The notes under the pieces are model-generated. The model was not told where the DNA came from, made no database searches, and worked only from the letters and a program-made list of their open reading frames with translations. A stretch of 64,000 nucleotides of DNA from Candidatus Latescibacterota bacterium (GTDB lineage: Bacteria; Latescibacterota; UBA2968; UBA8231), in the NCBI GenBank assembly GCA_965208105.1, contig OZ242318.1, forward strand, positions 896,001 to 960,000. The letters run 5' to 3'. A program made the translations under genes and the position numbers. How positions within the stretch are numbered: the stretch's first letter is position 1; every line of letters starts with the position of its first letter. This document shows, piece after piece, positions 58,670-64,000 of this stretch.

Positions 58670-59602
58670 ATGCGCGTCCTGGTTACCGGCGGCGCCGGTT
58701 TTTTGGGGAGTCACCTCTGCGAGCGCCTGATAAACGAGGACCACGAGGTCATCTGCCTGGACAACTTCTACACGGGCGCCAAGGACAATATCCGCCACCT
58801 GCTGGGGCATCCCTACTTCGAGCTGATCCGCCACGACGTCATCGACCCTTTCAAGGTCGAAGTCGACCAGATCTACAACCTGGCCTGTCCCGCCTCTCCG
58901 GTTCACTACCAGAACAACCCCATAAAAACCATCAAGGTCTCGGTCATGGGGGCCATAAACTGCCTGGGCCTGGCCAAACGGATCAAAGCCCGGGTGCTTC
59001 AGGCTTCCACTTCAGAGGTCTACGGCGACCCGGAGGTGCACCCCCAGTCCGAATCATATCACGGCCGCGTCAACCCCATCGGCCCGCGCGCCTGCTACGA
59101 CGAAGGCAAGCGCTGCGCCGAGACCCTGTTCTTCGACTACCACCGCCAGAACAAGGTCGATATCAGGATAGCGCGCATCTTCAACGCCTACGGACCGCGC
59201 ATGCATCCCGACGACGGCCGGGTGGTGTCCAATTTCATCGTGCAGGCCCTGACCAACGAGCCCATTACCATCCACGGCGACGGCAGCCAGACGCGGTCCT
59301 TCTGCTATGTCGACGACACGGTCGAGGGGCTGGCCCGCCTGATGAACAACGGGCAGGTGCTGGGTCCGATAAATATAGGCGCCTGCGCCGAATTCACCAT
59401 GCTGCACCTCGCCCGGATGGTCATCGAAATGACCGACAGCTCCTCGCCGCTGGTGCACCAGCCCTTCAGGGAGGACGATCCCATGCAGCGCAGGCCGGAT
59501 ATCGGCGCAGCCAGCGCCCGTCTGGGGTGGAGTCCGACGGTGGACCTGGAAGCCGGACTGGCGCGCACCATCGCCTACTTCCGCAAGCGCCTGGCCTCCT
59601 GA
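58670..59602 (+). CDS. UDP-glucuronate decarboxylase (UDP-xylose synthase)
   Basis: [44 protein letters not shown]. Confidence 0.92.
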   Translation: MRVLVTGGAGFLGSHLCERLINEDHEVICLDNFYTGAKDNIRHLLGHPYFELIRHDVIDPFKVEVDQIYNLACPASPVHYQNNPIKTIKVSVMGAINCLGLAKRIKARVLQASTSEVYGDPEVHPQSESYHGRVNPIGPRACYDEGKRCAETLFFDYHRQNKVDIRIARIFNAYGPRMHPDDGRVVSNFIVQALTNEPITIHGDGSQTRSFCYVDDTVEGLARLMNNGQVLGPINIGACAEFTMLHLARMVIEMTDSSSPLVHQPFREDDPMQRRPDIGAASARLGWSPTVDLEAGLARTIAYFRKRLAS

Positions 59603-59666
59603 GCGCCGGGGTTTCGCGCCCCCGGAAAGGCGGTGAAAGGGAGGGGCCGCGGAGGCCGGCGTCATC

Positions 59667-59695
59667 TTGACATCCACCCCTGGCCCTGCTATACT
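59667..59695 (+). promoter_or_regulatory. Sigma70 promoter with extended -10
   Basis: TTGACA-17 nt-TATACT with TG upstream of the -10. Confidence 0.65.
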
Positions 59696-59775
59696 TTCAG
59701 CCGATGCGGACCTGCAGGTTCCCACACAGCCTCGAGACAGGCCGGATCCCCTCATCCGGCTGAGCAGCGAAGCCC

Positions 59776-62700
59776 ATGGATCCCCGATTCCTCAAAGAAG
59801 ATGGCACCGCTATTTTCACGGGCAACGAACTGATCGTGAAAGGAGCCCTGGAGAGTGCGGTCGGCGAGATCACCGGGTACCCCGGGTCTCCCCTGGCCGA
59901 GCTCTTCGACACCCTCGAAAACATCCGGGACCTGCTCAACGAACGCGGAATCGTAGCCCAGATCGCCAACAACGAGGCCATGGCCGCCGCCCGCCTCAAC
60001 GGCGCCCAGATGGCCCAGGTGCGCGCCCTGGCTGTAATGAAGAGCGTGGGGATGCACGTGGCCGCCGACGGGTTGGCGCTGGGCAACATGGCCGGGGCCA
60101 CGGAGGAGGCCGGGGCCCTCGTGGCGGTGGGTGACGACACCTGGTCGGAAGGCACCCAGGTGCCGGCCAACTCGCGCTTCCTCTCGCAGCACCTCTACAT
60201 GCCGGTCCTCGAACCGGCCACCTTTCAGGAGATCAAGGACTGGGTCGGCGTCGGCTTCGAGCTCTCGCAGCAGACGGCGCTCTACATCACCTACCTGGTG
60301 ACCTCCAACCAGGCCGACGGCGGCGGCAGCGTGACCGTCTACCCCAACCGCTTCCCGGCGCTCAACGCCAGGAACCGCACAACCCTCGACACCCGCAGCA
60401 TTCCCGCCGAAGACCGGGTGGTAATTCCACCGGTCACCACCCTCAAGGAGCAGGAGGTGATCGCGCGGCGCTATCCCCGGCTCCTCGAGCTGGTGCGGCA
60501 GCGGGGAATCAACCGGATTCTCTACCCGGGGGATGAAAAGAGCAGCATCGGCTTCATCACTTCGGGGCTCGCCTATTCCTATCTCGAACACGCCCTGCAC
60601 ATCCTCGGTCTCGGCGGCCGCCTGCCCATCCTCAAGCTCGGGATAACCTACCCCGTCGATGCGGAAATGATCGCGGCCTTCGCCTCCCGGGTCGAGCAGG
60701 TGTGCGTGGTGGAGGAGAAGCGTCCCTTCGTCGAGCCCCAGGTGGCCTCCATCCTGACGCGGATGCGCCAGCAGGGGCGGCTACCCGACCTCCCCCTCTG
60801 GGGCAAGCATTTTCCCAACGGGGAGCCCGGCTTTCCCGACGTCATGGGCCTCCATCCTTCCCTCACCGTCCAGTGCCTCGCCCGCCTCTTTGCCCAGCTC
60901 GAGGCCGGCGGCCTCGCCCTCGATAGGACCCGCGTGAGGCGGGAGCTCGACGAGCTTCAGGTCCTCGAACGGGACACCGACCCGGTCCCGGAGCGAACGC
61001 CTTCCTTCTGTCCGGGCTGCCCGCACCGCGATTCGGCCAGCGTGCTCAAGAAGACCGCCGCCGACTTCGCCGACCCCGGCTACATGGCCAGGCAGGGGCT
61101 GCCGGCCACCGACCTCGTCTTCCACGGAGACATCGGCTGCTACTCCATGCTCAAGTACGCCCCTTTCTCCCGCCTGATGCACAACCTGTCGGGGATGGGT
61201 CTGGGAGGAGCGACCGGCGCCGGAATCGATCCCTTCATCGCCAACAAGCAGGTGGTCTTCATGGGGGACTCGACCTTCTTCCACAGCGGCCTGCCGGCTA
61301 TCTCCGACTCCATCAAGAACGGGCAGGACCTCACCTACATCATCCTCGACAACAAGACCACGGCCATGACCGGACACCAGCCCACTCCCGGGGTTGAAGT
61401 GGACATCCTGGGCCGGTCCACCTTCGCCCAGGACATAGAGGCCGCGGTGCGCGGCCTGGCCGAGGGCAGCGACACCTTCATCGCGCGCATGGACCCTTCC
61501 CGCCGCCGCGACTACCAGCGCCTGGTGGAGGACACCCTGCTGCGCCCGGGGGTCAAGGTCATCATTGCCGACAAGGAGTGCGGCATCACCTACCGGCGCC
61601 GGGAGCAGGCCAGGAACGCAGCGGTGATCGAGGAGCGCGGCTTCCTGCCCGTGGAGCACCACATCAACATCAGCGAGGACGTCTGCGAGTACTGCATGGA
61701 GTGCACCCGGGGGACGGGCTGCAGCGGTCTCATGGTCAAGGAGCGCACCGACTACGGCCCCAAGATCGCCATCGATCTGTCCTCCTGCGTCACCGACGGG
61801 GCCTGCACCAGGGTGGAGGTGGAAGGCGGCGACAAAACCTGCCCCTCCTTCGAAGAAATCACCATCCACCGGGACCAGGCGCCGCAGGCCAACCTGCCTC
61901 CAATCGACGTGGGCGACCTCCCGGAGCCGGAAACGCCCCCGCTCGGGGACATCTGGCACGGCTATATCGCCGGCGTCGGCGGCATGGGGATCAACCTGGT
62001 GGCCGCGGTTCTGGCCCAGGCCGGCATGCGCCAGGGCCACGAGGTTCAGCTCACCAACAAGAAGGGCCTTTCGATCCGCAACGGCTCGGTATACTCCCAC
62101 CTCAGCTACGCCCCCAGGGGCAGGATCATTTCTCCCCTCGTCCCCTGGGGCAAGGCCGATCTCCTCCTGGGGCTCGACCTTCTTGAGGCCGCACGCGGGG
62201 CGGACCCGAACGGGCGCAACCAGGTGGTCAGCCCCCGCCGCACCACCGCCCTGATCAACACCGCCAAGACCCCCACGGTGAACACCCTGATCGGCGCCGA
62301 GGACTTCTCCACCGAGTCCATGGCCGCCCTGATCCGCAGGAATACCCGGGCCTGTTTCGGCGCCGACCTCTTTCGCATCTCCGAGACCTTTCTGGGCAAC
62401 AAGCTCTACGCCAACATCATGATGCTGGGGATGGCCTACCAGCGCGGTCTCCTGCCGCTGGAGCTGAAGAACCTGAAGTGGGCAATGAAGGTGGCGGTGC
62501 GCCGCGACCTGGATACCAACGCGAGGGCCTTCGACATGGGCCGCCGCCTGGCCATCGACCCCGATTTCCTCCTCCGGGAAGACCGGCCCCGGAGCTGCGA
62601 GCAACTGCTCGAGGAGAAGACGGCGTTGCTCGCCAGGACCCGCAGCCGCCGCCTGGCCGCGCGCTACCGCGAAGCCGCCGAAGAGGTCCTGTCCGCGATG

Positions 62701-63372
62701 GATTTGGACGGGGAGACCCTCCGCCACCTCGCCCTGCGCATCTATGACCTGATTCAGTACGAGGACCTCGGCTACGCCCGGGCCTATATCGAAAAGGTCA
62801 GGTGGATCTACGCCAGGGACACGGCGCGGTTCGGCCGCGCCGCCACCCGCGCCGCGATCTACAACCTGGCCAAGGTGATGGTCATCAAGGACGAAATCTA
62901 CGTCGCCCACCTTCTCACCTGCGCCGAGAAGTACGAGCGCGACTTCAAGCGCTACAAGGTCGACCCCGCGCGCGGCGACCGCATCGTCTACCGCCACCTC
63001 ACCCGCCCCCACTTCCGCTTCTTCGGGCGCGATTTTCGACCCGACCTGCGCACCAGCGACTGGCAGCTGCGCCTGATGCGCCGGATGAAGGTCCTGCGCC
63101 GGCTGTTCTCCAACTGGTGGCACCGCGAGGAGCGCGAGTTCTCCCACTGGTACGCCGGCCTGCTGCTGCGCTTCGACTACGAGGACGAGGAAGAGTACCG
63201 GACCTGGGTCAAGGTCCTCGAGCTGCCAGAGGAAGTGCGCGGTTACCGCCAGGTGCGGACCCCCAAGATGGCCGCGGCGCGGCAGCGCGCCGAGGAGCTG
63301 CTGCAACGCCGGCCTCCGGCGACCGCTCCCGGCCTGTTGGAGATCGAGCCCCTGGCGGCGGCTTCGAATTGA
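59776..63372 (+). CDS. Indolepyruvate:ferredoxin oxidoreductase family, fused alpha/beta
   Basis: GYPGSPL, PSFCPGCPH, GDIGC, GDSTFFHSG, C..C..C Fe-S motif, GVGGMG, KDEIYVA. Confidence 0.9.
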   Translation: MDPRFLKEDGTAIFTGNELIVKGALESAVGEITGYPGSPLAELFDTLENIRDLLNERGIVAQIANNEAMAAARLNGAQMAQVRALAVMKSVGMHVAADGLALGNMAGATEEAGALVAVGDDTWSEGTQVPANSRFLSQHLYMPVLEPATFQEIKDWVGVGFELSQQTALYITYLVTSNQADGGGSVTVYPNRFPALNARNRTTLDTRSIPAEDRVVIPPVTTLKEQEVIARRYPRLLELVRQRGINRILYPGDEKSSIGFITSGLAYSYLEHALHILGLGGRLPILKLGITYPVDAEMIAAFASRVEQVCVVEEKRPFVEPQVASILTRMRQQGRLPDLPLWGKHFPNGEPGFPDVMGLHPSLTVQCLARLFAQLEAGGLALDRTRVRRELDELQVLERDTDPVPERTPSFCPGCPHRDSASVLKKTAADFADPGYMARQGLPATDLVFHGDIGCYSMLKYAPFSRLMHNLSGMGLGGATGAGIDPFIANKQVVFMGDSTFFHSGLPAISDSIKNGQDLTYIILDNKTTAMTGHQPTPGVEVDILGRSTFAQDIEAAVRGLAEGSDTFIARMDPSRRRDYQRLVEDTLLRPGVKVIIADKECGITYRRREQARNAAVIEERGFLPVEHHINISEDVCEYCMECTRGTGCSGLMVKERTDYGPKIAIDLSSCVTDGACTRVEVEGGDKTCPSFEEITIHRDQAPQANLPPIDVGDLPEPETPPLGDIWHGYIAGVGGMGINLVAAVLAQAGMRQGHEVQLTNKKGLSIRNGSVYSHLSYAPRGRIISPLVPWGKADLLLGLDLLEAARGADPNGRNQVVSPRRTTALINTAKTPTVNTLIGAEDFSTESMAALIRRNTRACFGADLFRISETFLGNKLYANIMMLGMAYQRGLLPLELKNLKWAMKVAVRRDLDTNARAFDMGRRLAIDPDFLLREDRPRSCEQLLEEKTALLARTRSRRLAARYREAAEEVLSAMDLDGETLRHLALRIYDLIQYEDLGYARAYIEKVRWIYARDTARFGRAATRAAIYNLAKVMVIKDEIYVAHLLTCAEKYERDFKRYKVDPARGDRIVYRHLTRPHFRFFGRDFRPDLRTSDWQLRLMRRMKVLRRLFSNWWHREEREFSHWYAGLLLRFDYEDEEEYRTWVKVLELPEEVRGYRQVRTPKMAAARQRAEELLQRRPPATAPGLLEIEPLAAASN

Positions 63373-63422
63373 TTGAACCCGCCAACCATGCCCGACCTGA
63401 CCGCGGATCCCTGGAAAAGACC

Positions 63423-64000
63423 ATGAACCCGAAAGAAGCGGCCGGATCCCAGGCTGTCGAATACGTCGCCGACGGCATGGTGGTCGGCCTGGGAACGGGC
63501 TCCACCGCCGAATACGCCATCAGAACCCTGGGAAGGCGCGTGGCGCAGGGCCTGCGCATCCGCGCCGTAGCCACATCCGAGGCCTCCGCCCGCCTCGCCC
63601 GGGAGCTGAACATCGAAGTCCTCGATCTGGAGGGCGGCCTGACGGTCGATCTGACCATCGACGGCGCCGACGAGGTCGATCCCGGGCTCGATCTCGTCAA
63701 GGGTCTGGGCGGTGCCCTGCTGCGCGAGAAAATCGTCGCGCGCACCAGCAGACAACTGATCATTATCGTCGACTCCTCCAAGATGGTGCCGCGGCTCGGC
63801 ACCCGTTCCCCTCTGCCGGTGGAGGTGGTCCCCTTCGCCTGGTCCCTCGTCCGGCACCACCTCGCGGAAGAGGGCCTGAGCGCCGAGCTGCGCCGGAACG
63901 AGGACACCGGAGGACCCTATGAAACCGACAACGGCAACCTGATTCTGGACTGCTACTTCCCCGACGGAATCGACGACCCCGTCCGCACCGAAAGCCGGAT
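63423..64000 (+). CDS. rpiA: Ribose-5-phosphate isomerase A (partial, runs off the window)
   Basis: VGLGTGST, IDGADEVD, KGLGGALLREKIVA, LPVEV, TDNGN. Confidence 0.95.
   Translation, partial: MNPKEAAGSQAVEYVADGMVVGLGTGSTAEYAIRTLGRRVAQGLRIRAVATSEASARLARELNIEVLDLEGGLTVDLTIDGADEVDPGLDLVKGLGGALLREKIVARTSRQLIIIVDSSKMVPRLGTRSPLPVEVVPFAWSLVRHHLAEEGLSAELRRNEDTGGPYETDNGNLILDCYFPDGIDDPVRTESR

Noticed and set aside
1-64000. CRISPR array, rRNA, prophage or global stop-codon reassignment
   Set aside because: No spaced repeats, rRNA or phage genes seen; TAG and TGA terminate many intact core genes and RF1 is present.

Overview
A high-GC bacterial window. The gene content (DUF6785/6784-type membrane protein, four PhyH dioxygenases, EF-hand/dockerin-like secreted proteins, ankyrin and LRR proteins, a C-terminal WxxVK motif) suggests a Latescibacterota/Poribacteria-like lineage, possibly host- or sponge-associated; this is inference only. 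Layout: (i) 1-9.5 kb is a decaying accessory region with IS3 remnants, frameshifted or nonsense genes, and an intact lipoprotein plus putative beta-barrel pair. (ii) 9-16.6 kb is a minus-strand catabolic cluster: PhyH, membrane protein, beta-propeller, divergent SucCD-like ligase, two MaoC dehydratases and an ald relic. (iii) 18-28.7 kb is core genes: recA, radA, prmC, prfA, rpmE, rho, dnaG, tRNA-Ile2/Met(CAT) and tRNA-Val(CAC). (iv) 28.9-46 kb is a catabolic island: Ldh-2, three PhyH, a His-phosphatase, tandem metallophosphoesterase-propeller fusions, GH-like proteins, ankyrin and a TonB receptor. (v) 46-64 kb holds grx, GNAT, csp, RRM, a MITE, ppc, a large Ca-binding secreted protein, LOG, a beta-helix protein, an fbp relic, ankyrin, GT4, UDP-GlcA decarboxylase, fused IOR and partial rpiA. 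The most notable signals are five genes or IS elements collapsed by internal deletions that keep both ends and join at short microhomologies, an HxG-type (halogenase-like) PhyH, a SucCD paralogue with altered substrate-loop residues next to MaoC dehydratases, and an asymmetric pair of phosphoesterase-propeller fusions. No CRISPR array or rRNA was seen. Product calls come from motif recognition, not database searches.
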